Below, piece after piece: positions 48,801 through 61,241 of a stretch of DNA of 64,000 nt. Under the pieces are notes generated by a model. That model was not told the origin of the DNA. It saw only the letters and a list, made by a program, of their open reading frames with translations, and ran no database searches. Each line of letters opens with the position of its first letter. Position 1 is the first letter of the stretch. The translations under genes were made by a program, and so were the position numbers. The DNA is taken from the NCBI GenBank assembly GCA_001662655.1, contig KV460209.1, one strand, 5' to 3'. Source of the stretch: Pseudogymnoascus verrucosus (lineage: Eukaryota).

Positions 48801-51449
48801 CGTACAGCAGTACTCGTAGAGAGGGAATAGACCCCATTACCTTTTGTCAATTGAGGGGATGACCCCAGGCCGAGTCACAATCGACTCCCTACTAGTAAGT
48901 ATGCTAGTCGGGAGCGACTCTAGTAGCGCAACGCGAAGTAACCACGACCAAGTGTTGAAAGCGGTTGGTTGCAAGCCACCAACCGCCTTCAACACTTCTC
49001 ACAACATTCTAGGGCATAAACTTCACCGGCATCAATCCGATGAATGCCTGAGAGTCTCCACATTGTATCACCGAGAAAAAAGAAATGAAAAGGGTCAAAT
49101 TCGATTCGCTGGAATTAATCCGTTGGATAACATGTCAACCACCTTATAACGTGATCCGAGGTGACATGAATTGGCCAGACTGAGCTGACTAGGACCCGCT
49201 CCGCACTATGCGGTGTGATTGGCCAGTAAGTCGGGTCTTGGGCACCCCTTTGGGCATGCAGTAGAAGGGCAGTAGAAGGGTCGATGCTAGGTACTGGATC
49301 AGCCACGATGGGTAGCATCTCCGACGAACAGACCAAAGACTTGGGGCTTGTTCTTTCTTGGAACTGGCGGCAGCTTGCAATCTAATGTGTGGCTCGCGCC
49401 GGCGACAGCGCCTTGGAAACAGTGCGGCATAGGGCACGCCATATAGTGCAGAGCACGGTACTGTACTCACGCGGAACGCAGGAGAGGATACCCTCACAAA
49501 ATGTGGAGAGCTAATGTGCGCGCCGAGGAGACCATTATCTCCCCTTGGTTAGTATCAGCTTTGATGCTTGCTGAGCGGGGAGCGGGCTGCTACGACGCTG
49601 GGACGTAGCCGAACGCCTTCGCCAGATCCTGCCGCACAAGGCACCCCGATGCGTAGATGCATCGCCCTGACAGTTGCCGCTGTCGAGGACGCTGGCGACA
49701 GGGAGGAGGGCGGTTCGAGTACATTTACACATTCCAACACCAGGTTGACCCAGTCTACTCTTCTAGCACAGTTCTTGGCACGCCACATATCAGTGGCCAT
49801 GGAAGGCTTCCATGATCAGCACACTCATACCCCAGAATATGACGGCAATGAAGGCGGCTTTCCGACATTGGCCAGGACGGAGGTCCCCCCTGACCTCCAC
49901 GGCGTAGCTGCACGCGCATGAGGTACAGCTCAGCACAGCGCCACTCAAGCATGCCTGAGCATAGCATAGTATAGTACCGCGCCTTACAGCTCCGTGCTGG
50001 TCAACACACCGCAACCGCAACCGCAGTACAACAACACAACACAGTATAGCTGCGCATCGGTATGAATGATGCCGCTTTCGGATCCACCATGGCCGAGCGA
50101 GATCTCGGAGGGCAGAATACCGTGATCCTTGTTAGTCCCCTGTTAGTCCTTTGGTGAAATGTCAGTCTATCAACTGAACTAGACCAAAAGAAGCACAGCG
50201 TATACTATTCGCCTTAGTTGCTCTCCACAACAGAACAGAAAAAGTGGCCGAGAGGGTCGATGTACCTTTACATCTAGTTTGTACTGCAGATTGCGTGGAA
50301 AGCTATGTGTCGGTACAAAAATACGACGACCCTTAGCTACTCTAGTGCGGTCTCCCCGCTCAACTCCCCGCCATGGAAAATTCTACGCGGACTCACCCCA
50401 ATGGCCTCCACACACACATACTACCTACCATACAAGGCGCCGTTCAACGTATTCCTCTACTATTACTGTGATCTTCTCCAAACGCCGCCGGCCCCCCTCG
50501 CCCCGCTGTCGAGGATGTGCATGGATATGGATGGGATGGGGCTACCATAGTGTGATTATCTCCGCTTGTCATCTTGTCGTCTTCACTCTGCGCCCCCCCT
50601 CCTCCCCCGTCTTTCTCTCTCCTCATTTTCTCTTCCCTCCTCCATCATCTACTCATCTACGAGCAAATCATATTGCCGGGCTTCCCAGCGCATCCCTGAT
50701 CGTGATCAGCCAACCTCCTCACCTTCTTAGTCCACTCAAAAGTGTTCTGACATCCAAGCCTCATATCCGTCTGCCCATCATCCCATCCTTCCATCCATCC
50801 ACTCTCACTCCCCCACACACCTTAGGGACCCTGTCGTCTCGTGGACCGCCCATTATTATTGCTATTATAGCACGAGGCGTATGCCCGATAATTCATGCAC
50901 AACGGCCACCACCCATTCTAAAGGACGTGCTCAGCTTTCCTCACATCCCCGCCTTCGATAGCAATATATCCTTGAGCAGGCATTCCGCTCCCTGGTAGAT
51001 GTACACCGTACATCCAGGAAGCAGACGTCGACTAACTCTCTAACGCTCAACCCCGCCATGCTAGCTGCCCTGTCCCTGGCATAGTGTGGCACGCCCTCGC
51101 TCCCTAGTCTCACTTCAATCTGCTGCTCGTTTCCATTCTTCGGAGTACAAACAAAATAGATTTGTTGCCGCTTTGGGGTCCCTAACGCTACAACCTTCCC
51201 CAGATCGCGGAGAGATGCATGTTGAGATATAGTTGGGCTGGACACCACTCTTCTGACGCTCTTATTCTCCGTATCTCATCACTTCGTTTCACTCCTACAC
51301 TACAGACTCATACGCCCGGTTGAAGCTCGCCGAGCCACGTCTACCAAGATAACCAGTGTCTGTCTATCATACTATCATTACCTCCCCGCTCCAGCCAGTC
51401 TTACCGACCAGCCTGGGAGTAGGCATTTCTCGAAAACTCACCAACCAAA

Positions 51450-54440
51450 ATGCTTTCTAACCCCCTCCATCGCTATTCGAGTTACCACACCATGCCAGTC
51501 AACAACATGGTGCCGACTGGCCACATCCCATCGAACCACATTCACGGAGGCGGCTTGGACAACCTGGCGCATGGCTCACAGTATGCGCTACAACAACTGC
51601 AACGGCAGATCGATGTGCATCAGAATTCTCATTCGAATAGGGACTCCAATTCAAAGCATCGGCAACACCCATACAACGGGGTAGCCGGTGGCATGCTAGG
51701 CGGCCGAAGCTCCAGCATGAATGGATCTCAGGCTTCTGGCCCAGTCCGACGACGAATCAGCAGGGCCTGCGACCAGTGCAACCAGCTTAGAACCAAGTGC
51801 GATGGACAAAATCCATGCGCACACTGTGTTGGTATGTTGCCCAAATAATTATTGCCGCGACGATGCTAACGCCATACCTTAGAATTCAACCTAGGCTGTG
51901 AATATATACGTGAGCGCAAGAAGCGCGGAAAGGCATCGAGGAAGGACATTGCACAACAAGCGGCAGCAGCAGCAGCGGCCGCGTCAGGCGATGGCCAAAA
52001 ATCTCCTACGGCCGGATCGTCGGGCGACAGGTCGCCAATCGAGTCTCGAATGGAGCACAAACCATCGCTCGGCGAATCATCCGATGGGAATCGACGAAAC
52101 TCGGGAACCGCGAATGAACTCGCAGGGTCGCAAAATATCAACAACGCGCATCTGATGAAAGGCAATGGACGCGCTCGAACCAGCGGACAGCTCGGTGATT
52201 TACCACACCAGCTCCAGCCAATAATGACAAACCGACACGACGACGCCATGAGCCAGTCACAGATGGACAGCCCAACAGAAATAGGGCTCAACGGCTACGG
52301 CGCGATGCATGGCTACAATCGATCTGTCAATGGCCATCTGATGAATAGTAATGCATCCGTTTATTCCTCTACTTCTTTACCCGGATACCCAGACCTCCCC
52401 TACGCCATCCAGAGCCCCCCACATTACCCAACGAATAATCAATCCCCCGGATTCAGGCTAGGGGACAGCCCCATGCCTGGGTACTCGATGGAGACACCCA
52501 CCGTCGCCTCCCCTGGCTGGGCCTCCATCGAGTCTCCCATGAACCAATATCACATGACACCTCACCATCATGTGCAGACACAACTGAGATACCCAGTCCT
52601 ACAGCCTCTTGTCCCTCACCTGACTGGGATAATACCCGTCTCGTTGGCATGCGAGCTGCTTGATCTCTACTTCGCCAGCTCGTCGTCGGCGCAGATGCAC
52701 CCAATGTCGCCGTATGTACTTGGCTACGTCTTCCGTCGGCGGTCATTCCTGCACCAGACAAAGCCGCGCCAATGCACCCCAGCACTCCTGGCGAGTATGC
52801 TCTGGGTGGCCGCACAAACTAGCGATGCAGCATTTTTGACAATCCCGCCATCAGCTAGAGGCCGAGTTTGCCAGAAGCTCCTGGAGCTTACTGTCGGTCT
52901 CCTTAAGCCACTCATCCACGGCCCTCCAGCTGATGAAGCATCGAACAACTTCTCCGATACTGTCATCAACGGAGTTGCGTTGGGTGGACTGGGCGTAGCC
53001 ATGCCTGGCACTGTCAGTGAAGAAGCCATGACTGGCGAAGGCGGCGCGTTCGGTGCTGCTGGCGCTCTGGACGACGTTGTCACATATATCCACCTAGCAA
53101 CTGTCGTTTCTGCTAGCGAGTACAAAGGTGCAAGCCTGCGCTGGTGGAATGCAGCCTGGTCGCTGGCCCGCGAGCTGAAACTCGGTCGCGAGCTACCACC
53201 AAGCTCCATACCGCAACCCGACCATGATGTGGACGCCGATGGTGAAGCTGATGATGATTTGGAGACCTCACATCCTCCTACCGGCTCACCTGGTAGTATC
53301 ACGGAGGAGGAGCGTGAGGAGCGCCGGAGAATCTGGTGGCTAGTTTACACAGTAGACCGACACTTGTCGCTGTGCTACAACAAGCCCCTGTTTCTTCTGG
53401 ATGTTGAATGCGATCGTCTGCTGCAGCCAATGGATGATACATTATGGCAGAGTGGGGAGTTCTATTCCGGTGATTCTAGCCTTCATATTACTTCCCCGAA
53501 CGGCTCAGCCCGAATCAGAAGGAAAGGACCTAACTTTGAGTGTACTGGCCATAGTATATTCGGGTATTTCTTGCCCTTAATGACCATCCTCGGCGAGATC
53601 GTAGATCTCAACCACGCCAAGAATCACCCGCGATTTGGCGTTGGGTTCCGGTCGGCCCAAGAGTGGGACGACTACGCCAATGAGATAACGCAGCAGCTTG
53701 AGGCGTATGGGCGCAGCTTGAAGGACTTTGAGTTAAGGCACCTGTCTACCAATGACGAGAACCCAGGCGCGAACAATGGCACTGGCCCTGATGGCATGCC
53801 CATGGGTCAGAATGACACTTCGTCGCCGCACTCAGTCAATACGACGACGTCGCGCATGACGACTGAGTCGGATATCCAGACGCGCATTGTTGTCGCGTAC
53901 GGCACACACGTCATGCACGTCCTCCACATTCTCCTCACTGGGAAGTGGGATCCTATTTCGCTCCTCGACGATAACGATCTTTGGATCTCGTCGCAGAGCT
54001 TTATTAACGCCACCGGTCACGCCGTGTCAGCTGCCGAGGCGATAGAGAACATCCTTGAATTCGACCCGGGGCTGGAGTTCATGCCATTCTTCTTCGGCGT
54101 TTACTTGCTCCAAGGTAGCTTCCTGCTCCTACTTATTGCAGACAAGCTGCAGAGTGAAGCGAGCCCCAGCGTTGTCAAGGCCTGCGAGACAATCGTCAGA
54201 GCCCATGAGGCATGCGTGGTTACGTTGAACACAGAATACCAGGTTCGTACTAGACAACTACTTATAACTTGTGAGCATTGACTAATAAATTTATAGAGGA
54301 ATTTCCGCAAGGTCATGCGCTCAGCGCTCGCGCAGGTGCGCGGTAGACTACCAGAGGACATTGGGGAGCAGCAGCTTCGACGACGCGAAGTGCTTTCGTT
54401 GTACAGGTGGACAGGAGACGGCACAGGTCTGGCTTTGTAA
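51450..54440 (+). CDS. xlnR: Xylanolytic transcriptional activator XlnR/Xyr1
   Basis: Starts [51 protein letters not shown] and C-terminal [13 protein letters not shown]; introns about 51832-51882 and 54244-54297. Confidence 0.96.
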
Positions 54441-54958
54441 GACTAAAAATATCAAGTTGAAGGAGTTTTCGTTTGGAGTCTGGGAATGGATGGGGGATGG
54501 GGGATGGGTTATAAGATATATCTTTGTGTGTTTTTTCGTCTTAATGGGGGAGTTTTCTATCAGTGGTTGGGAAGGCTGATTATAAGAGGTGGGGATCACG
54601 AGCGGGATGAATTGTCGATGATATCAGGAACTTTCTATATATCCCATACCACAGTTAAGGTATTTAGCAATTGAGAACTCAATTATATACTCTACTTTAT
54701 AAAACAATCCCATTAGACATGTCTTGTCTTGTGAAGATGAAGATGAAGGAGCATCTGGAATACACCCCGCACGTGACATAACTTCCCCAGAACCAACAAT
54801 TAACCGACCACAATTTTTACCCCTCGCCCTGGCCTCAAAACAGTCACAACCCCACCACTACCCAACTACCACAATCACACCTTCAAACCGCCACACTGTA
54901 CACCCCACGCCTCCTACACCGCACAACCCGTGCCCTCCTCCACCCAAACACCCGCAAA

Positions 54959-56173
54959 ATGTCGACCTTCGCCGCCCTAACCTACACGCCCGCCCAATCC
55001 GCCGAGATCGCGCAATGGCAGACCACCATCTCGCGCCTCTCCGACGAAACCGCCCGCCCCGCACTGCTGGCAACCCTGAACTCGCACCTGGCCACTCGCA
55101 CCACGCTTCTGGGCGCCCTGCCCTCCGTCGCGGACGTGGAGCTATATAAAGCTCTCTCGCCCGCCATCGCGAGCTGGAGCGCGGAGGAGCGCACGGGGAA
55201 GGAGGGACACCCGAATTTGGTCCGCCATATGGACTTTGTGCAGGGGTCTGATCTGTTTGGACTCGCTATTGGAGAGGGGGATAGGGTTAAGGTGGATAAA
55301 GATGAGGTGCTCTTCGTGAAGCCGCCGGTGGATGCTAAGGCGGAGAAGGAGAGGATTAAGAAGGAGAAGGCTGCTGCTGCTGCCGCTGCGGCGGGTGGTG
55401 CGGCGGCTGGCGCGCAAACGACACTTCCTGATCGCAGTGGAAACGCTAAGGGACCGAAGGAGGCTGCTGCTGCTGCTGGTGGAGAGGGAGGACAGAAGAC
55501 ACAGAAGAAGGAGAAGAAGGAGAAGGCGCCTAAGCCTCAGAAGGCCCCCGCGGCTACGGCTCCACTGAGCCCGTCGCTGATTGATCTCCGTGTCGGACAC
55601 ATTGTGAAGGCGATTAAGCACCCCGAAGCAGACTCGCTGTTCGTCTCGACGATTGCGATGGGAGATAAGGCTGGGACGGATGATACTGAGGAAGTGGATG
55701 GTGTGGTGTGCCGAACGGTGTGCTCGGGCCTGAATGGGCTGGTGCCGCTGGAGGAGATGCAGGGCCGCTACGTGGTGGTGGTGTGCAACCTCAAGCCTGT
55801 GAAGATGCGTGGAGTGAAGTCGTGCGCGATGGTGCTTGCGGCGTCGCCGAGACTGAAGGAGGGTGAGGTGGATAACCATGCTGGGCCAGTGGAGCTGGTG
55901 ACCCCTCCTGCGGGTTCGAAGGCGGGAGAGCGTGTGTGGTTTGAGGGATGGACTGGGGAGCCGGAGGGTATCCTCAACCCAAAGAAGAAGGTTTGGGAGA
56001 TGATCCAGCCTGGATTTACGATTACCGACGCGTTTGAGGCGGCATTTGATGCCGGCGCAGTTAAGGAGCTCAGCAAGGAGGGCGAGGAGCCCAAGACGGG
56101 TCTCGGGAAGCTGGTTACCGTTGGTGGCGGTGTGTGCACGGTTAAGACTTTGGCTGGTGGCATTGTCAGGTAA
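54959..56173 (+). CDS. ARC1: tRNA-aminoacylation cofactor Arc1 (GST-like domain plus EMAPII-like OB fold)
   Basis: Lys/Ala linker followed by IDLRVGHI...HPEADSL...RTVCSGL...VCNLKPVKMRGVKSCAMVL and LNPKKKVWE. Confidence 0.92.
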   Translation: MSTFAALTYTPAQSAEIAQWQTTISRLSDETARPALLATLNSHLATRTTLLGALPSVADVELYKALSPAIASWSAEERTGKEGHPNLVRHMDFVQGSDLFGLAIGEGDRVKVDKDEVLFVKPPVDAKAEKERIKKEKAAAAAAAAGGAAAGAQTTLPDRSGNAKGPKEAAAAAGGEGGQKTQKKEKKEKAPKPQKAPAATAPLSPSLIDLRVGHIVKAIKHPEADSLFVSTIAMGDKAGTDDTEEVDGVVCRTVCSGLNGLVPLEEMQGRYVVVVCNLKPVKMRGVKSCAMVLAASPRLKEGEVDNHAGPVELVTPPAGSKAGERVWFEGWTGEPEGILNPKKKVWEMIQPGFTITDAFEAAFDAGAVKELSKEGEEPKTGLGKLVTVGGGVCTVKTLAGGIVR

Positions 56174-56353
56174 AAGGGGTGCATATGAGCTGAATCGGCT
56201 GGCACAAAAGAAGTATAAAGAGCTATAGAAAGCCTTACAATAAATGTGTAGACTGCCGAACCGGATCTCTATGACTTTGCTTCCAAGCACGGAACTGTCC
56301 CTGGAGTCCCCCATCTACGCCTTAACCCCCCCAACCCTATCCCAGCCAACCTC

Positions 56354-57539
56354 TCAAATAGTCTTCTCTCCGCCCCTATCAGCCCTTGCCAACCTTCTCC
56401 GATAATTCTCCCTGAATCCCATTCTACCGACGGTTCCCCACCCGATAACCCCAATAAACAGGACAGCCCACGTGCCCGTGATGATGCCTCCAATGGGGAC
56501 GATCGCAATTTTGGTGCCGGGAAGCACAAAGGCGACATCGGCTATAACACCAACGGCCGAGATCGTAGCCATGGTGTGGGGTTGATCGCTAAAGAGGCCA
56601 GTGACGAAGGTCGCTTCGAGGGAGGAGAGGGAGCTGTTCGCCGCGTTCTTTGCGACAGATAGGGTGACGACTGGGATGAGGATGGCCTGGAGTGCGGTCC
56701 TGGGAGAAGACGCGTTAGCTTAATTGGCTCGCAGCGGATTTGGGACGAACTTACGAGTTCAGATTTGCGTTCTGCAGCTCCTTGTTTATCTGTCCAACGA
56801 ACGCAAAGCTTTGTGCCATCACCGGTGCCTGATCCGCGCGCTTCGCGAATAACCCCCTCTTCGACGGCGGCCACGATAGTGGCAACCCGCGCGCTGCGAC
56901 TTGCGGCCTAGCTACCAGGTCGGTAACGGGCACAGGTTGAACTTGCGCGCCTGCAAAGCGAACGTCGATGCTGACATCGGCGGGTGCAACACCGGCGAAA
57001 GCGCCAGTTGCCGGGCCGATAGTGAAGAGGCGTAGGTCGGCTTCAAAGACGCCGGTGGAGTTGTCTAGGAACGGAAGATTGTAGCACATTGCCATGCCGG
57101 AGGGGGAATTGGCAAGACCCCTAAGCATAACGAGAGCAGTAGTGCAAGCGGCCATTGTGGAGGCGTTCCAGTTGGCTGGCGGGGCCGGAGGGGTGTCCGC
57201 GCGGCGGTAGAGAAGGTCGCGGCCGTCGTCGGCGATGCTGGAGATGTAGTTCTTGAGGAGATCAGAGGGTGTGTCGGCGCGGCGGTTGATTGTTGCCACT
57301 GCTGCCGCGGGGTTGTTGGCGGCAGGAGAGGGCGGGGATCTGCGGCGATAGAGAATGTTTGTGTTGTTGGGGAGGAGATCGAGGTTCTTGACGTATTCGA
57401 GGACTATGTCTGCCACGTTCTCGGTCTTGCTTCGAGACGCGATGTCGTCTGTCATGCTTTGGGGGATGTCTGATGCCGATAGGCCCGAGACGCTGGCTGC
57501 GACCAGCGCCGCCGTGGTGATTAGGCGTGGCAGCATCAT
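56354..57539 (-). CDS. Hypothetical type I membrane protein (signal peptide, Cys-containing ectodomain, one C-terminal TM)
   Basis: Signal peptide MMLPRLITTAALVAASVSG. Intron 56700-56754 joins ORF 56751-57539 to the FVLPG...TM...FRENYRRR exon. Confidence 0.8.
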
Positions 57540-59586
57540 GGTTCGATGCGGTGGCCGTCTTGTCTAGTAGGGTCGTGAGATCTGAAGGCAACGAGTGGGC
57601 TCTTGATAACGCGGCAAGTCTTCCGGAATGACTGTATAGATAATCTGTCTGTACCAGCAGAGCAACAGAAAAAAAAAAGGTATTAAAAATATGAATTGAA
57701 TGGGCCAGCCCAGAAAAGAAGGGTTCGCAGTGCCAGCGAGAGACGATTAGTTTCCAGGCCCGACGAGCAGGAAAGAATTAAACATGGCGAGAAGAAGAAA
57801 CAAGAAAGAAGATGTTTAGACAACGATAGCAACGTAAGAGCAAGAGCCCTTGGGCAAGGTGAGGGAGATCATAGTCATGCAATGGTAGGGTGGAGAGAAA
57901 GCCAAGCGTTGGAGGTGAAAACGCGGCCAGGTATGAGACTTCACATGGCGTGAGCAGCCACAGCTGCGATACGAGGCTGTGGGGAAGATTAAGCTTCTGA
58001 GACGAGGGTCTGAGGTTGGCAGGGGCGTGGAAGGTTTGTGATTATCAAAATAGGTATAGTAGGAGTATGATGGTTGTATGGCAGTTGCATTGTTGAGCTG
58101 TCAGGAGGCTCCATGTCCTCCAAGGGCTCTGTGAGCTCTGATGCGGACCCATGCCATGGGTTGCATGGCGGTACCAAGCCGCCGCGCTCGACCTCGACCA
58201 CGGCCTCGACCTCAGGGGCTTCCAAGCGCCGTACCAGACGTGGACCGAAGGCCGAACAACCCGTACTGACCAGTATCGGCAAGCAGCCACCGCCGGCGAG
58301 TGACCGTAGAAATACACCTACAATACTCCACCCAGCCAACTGAGCCCGAGTGATGAGTGCATCTCAGCATCTCGAATACTGTACTTGTACCGTAATCGTT
58401 ATGTCGTCGTATTCAATTAAACCCGGCGATAGCTCGAGCATCTCGAGTTTGGAGGGGTGTCGATGAGGAGACGATGAGACGTGCACTGTCTCTCATCTTG
58501 TGTGGCCAAGCAACCGCGACCCCTGGCGCCTCGTAAGGTTGTCGCAGGTTCGGCACCACCAGAAAATCTCTGCTTTTCATCCTTGGCGGAACATTATTCC
58601 CTTCCTCTTGAAGAGCGGCTTTCATGCCACCTTCATGGTCTATCCAACTTCTGAACGCGACCGAAAGGAAGGGTGGAGACAGCAATTACAACCACGTGAT
58701 TATGCGATGCGTGTCACGTGATTACATAGCAAAAACGACTGGGATGACACTTTTATATTGCACCGCTTGTCGGCCCGGATTGTCGTCCTATAGCATCCAA
58801 TATGCACAGAAGCAGCCGTGCACATACTTATATGCTTGGTATGGTACCGCACATGTTGCCGATACGCCGTCAATGACTGTTGTATCTTCTGTGAGTCGTT
58901 GCTCCTTTCTGTCATATCATCCACTGTCCAGCAGTTATATCTCATATGGATGATGTCTTACAGAGCTGTAAGTTGTTGCGTTCCTCGTCATCCAGACCCC
59001 CATAGAAGCTGGGTATTTTGAAGCTTCTAGCTGGGAACATTTGTTGAAGCCAAGCCCTTGGTCAAGTGGCCTAGTCCTCCCTATGCCGCCTTCCCCGCAG
59101 GCAAATCTGATATGTATTGGGACTGGCAGAGCATCATTCTGCCGCCGACCCGGCGTTGCGCATACCTTCGAGCATTACCCCACCAGAGCTGCAATTTATA
59201 TCCCGGGCCATACGGATGATCTCGCTCCTTAGTCGGTCTTCCGGACGACAAACCCATGTTCGTCGAATATATGGTTTCTACCGCGGCACTACCAGAACCC
59301 CTCCTCATTAGCCAATGAGTATTTCCTCCAGTTGATGGTGATGTTGGGTATAGAAACCCTCGTGGTTTATCCCGTTGCACTGCATGGGGACGCTATCTGC
59401 TGCCGAGGGGGCGTTGTGCCACTACTGGTCTACCGGCAGAGGCCAATGATGCCACGCAACCACGTCGTGGTAGTTGGTGGGATACTGGTAGATATATTGG
59501 AAGCCCAGGTAGCTGTGCCGTAGGAATCGGATGGCGTCTTTCCTGAAGCCTACTCAGGTACATACGACCCTCACTTGACTCTCGTC

Positions 59587-60428
59587 ATGGTATGCCTCTT
59601 CCCTCTAACCCTTGCTCCCTAAGAGACCTCACTAACAGCCCGCAGTCTTCCAAGGCCACACAGCTCGGCTTCCTAATTCTCATCACGGCTCTCCTCGTCT
59701 CCAACTATGACCGCACACTCTCCCTCCTCTCACCCTACCTCCGCGCCGCCCTCGATCGCCTCGACCCTTCCTCATCCCACTTCGAAGACTGTATGGGTCA
59801 TAACTACACCACCGAAATCCTCTCAATCGACCCCCTCCTCATCTACATAACCTCATTCGTCTCCCCTGCAGAGTCCTCCGCCCTCCTCGCCGCCGGCGAA
59901 TCCCTCTTCGAATCCTCCCAGGTCACCGTCGACGGTCGCGACACCACCACCTCAGACCGCACGTCCTACTCGGCCAACCTCCCCCTCACCCACATAACCT
60001 CGTGCATCAGCTCCCGCGCGCGCGCCTTCCTAGGCGCCACCCTCCCCGTCGGCGACATCGGCGCCCCGCAACTCGTCCGCTACACTGCCGGCCAGAAATT
60101 CAACTTACACTACGATTGGTACGACACTCCTCAGGTCCTCACAAAAACAGGACAGCGCTTCAATAGGCCAGCCAGCTTTTTTGCTTTCCTGGAGGCGAAT
60201 TGCACGGGTGGGGAGACGTTCTTTCCGCATATTTCTGTGCCCGGGGAGGGGAGGTGGAGGGCGCATGAGGGGGGAACGGCGTTTATGCCGGTGGAGGGGA
60301 ATGCGCTGTTCTGGGTCAATTTGATGCCGAATGGGCGGGGGGATACGAGGGTTATGCATGCGGGGTTGCCGGTGGAGGAGGGGAGGAAGACGGCGATGAA
60401 TATTTGGCCGAGGGGGTTTGTGGTGTGA
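59587..60428 (+). CDS. Prolyl 4-hydroxylase-like 2OG-Fe(II) oxygenase with an N-terminal anchor
   Basis: DPLLIYI, RTS, QLVRY..GQKFNLHYDW (HxD), GGETFFP and MHAGLPVEEGRK; ATG-only first exon with intron 59590-59645. Confidence 0.88.
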
Positions 60429-61241
60429 TGTTAGTTAGTGTGCATCTGGCGGGATGCATGTAGAGAGCAGGTGGTGTGGCAGTGTAAATATGAAAATGTT
60501 TGTTGATGCGTGCATAAAGGTCTGACGATCTCGCAGTTGATCCCCCGATGTGAGGATCTCGCGGTGAACTACTGCACGCCAACCCCACGAACCTTCTCTA
60601 ACATGCTACCCCACTTCACACATTGTTCTCTCCGGTTTAGAACCCATGAACCAGGAATCAGCTATCCAGCTAGATGGCACATTGTCTCACCCCCGCAATG
60701 CCCCCACAGCCGTCCCGACCCAACTGCCGTTGTAAGCCACACCCGCAACCCATCCCGACGTGTTATGGTACCCCACATCTACAATGCCCATGTGGCAAGC
60801 TTGTGCATTCTAGTCTACCTCAGGACAAAGTCGCTGAATGCTACAAAAGGCATGTGTGATGAGGCAGTTGGGATGAGGCAGTTGGGTTCACCATGGCCCG
60901 GCGGACCTAGAAAGTTGACGGGGTATCTAAGCACCCAGCAGTCACGTAAGAAACACACAAACACGCACAAGTCACAATCAACGACAGCGCATCACACAAT
61001 ATAAAAACACACAAACGTATCTACTGACGCATAGATTCCTGCCTAGACACCATATTTATATACCCGTCTACCCACGAAATCGCCGCGCCCGCAGCCACCA
61101 CGCCACAACAACAAACAGGGAGAAGAAATATACAACTGCGCGCGGTCTCGAAGAACTTTTATTTATAGATCCGATTTTGATGCAGGCACGTCTCTTCTAG
61201 ACATGCGCATGGCAGTTTTGGAGGAGGGGGAGGTGATAAGC

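Noticed and set aside
45875..50580. Short ORFs (e.g. 47374-47952, 49568-49921) or a telomerase RNA in the long intergenic interval
   Set aside because: The ORFs show no codon bias or motifs, and I saw no TAACCCTAA-type template on either strand.
59560..59569. ACATACGACC matching the 5' end of fungal 5S rRNA
   Set aside because: Similarity stops after 10 nt; no internal control boxes or 3' stem.
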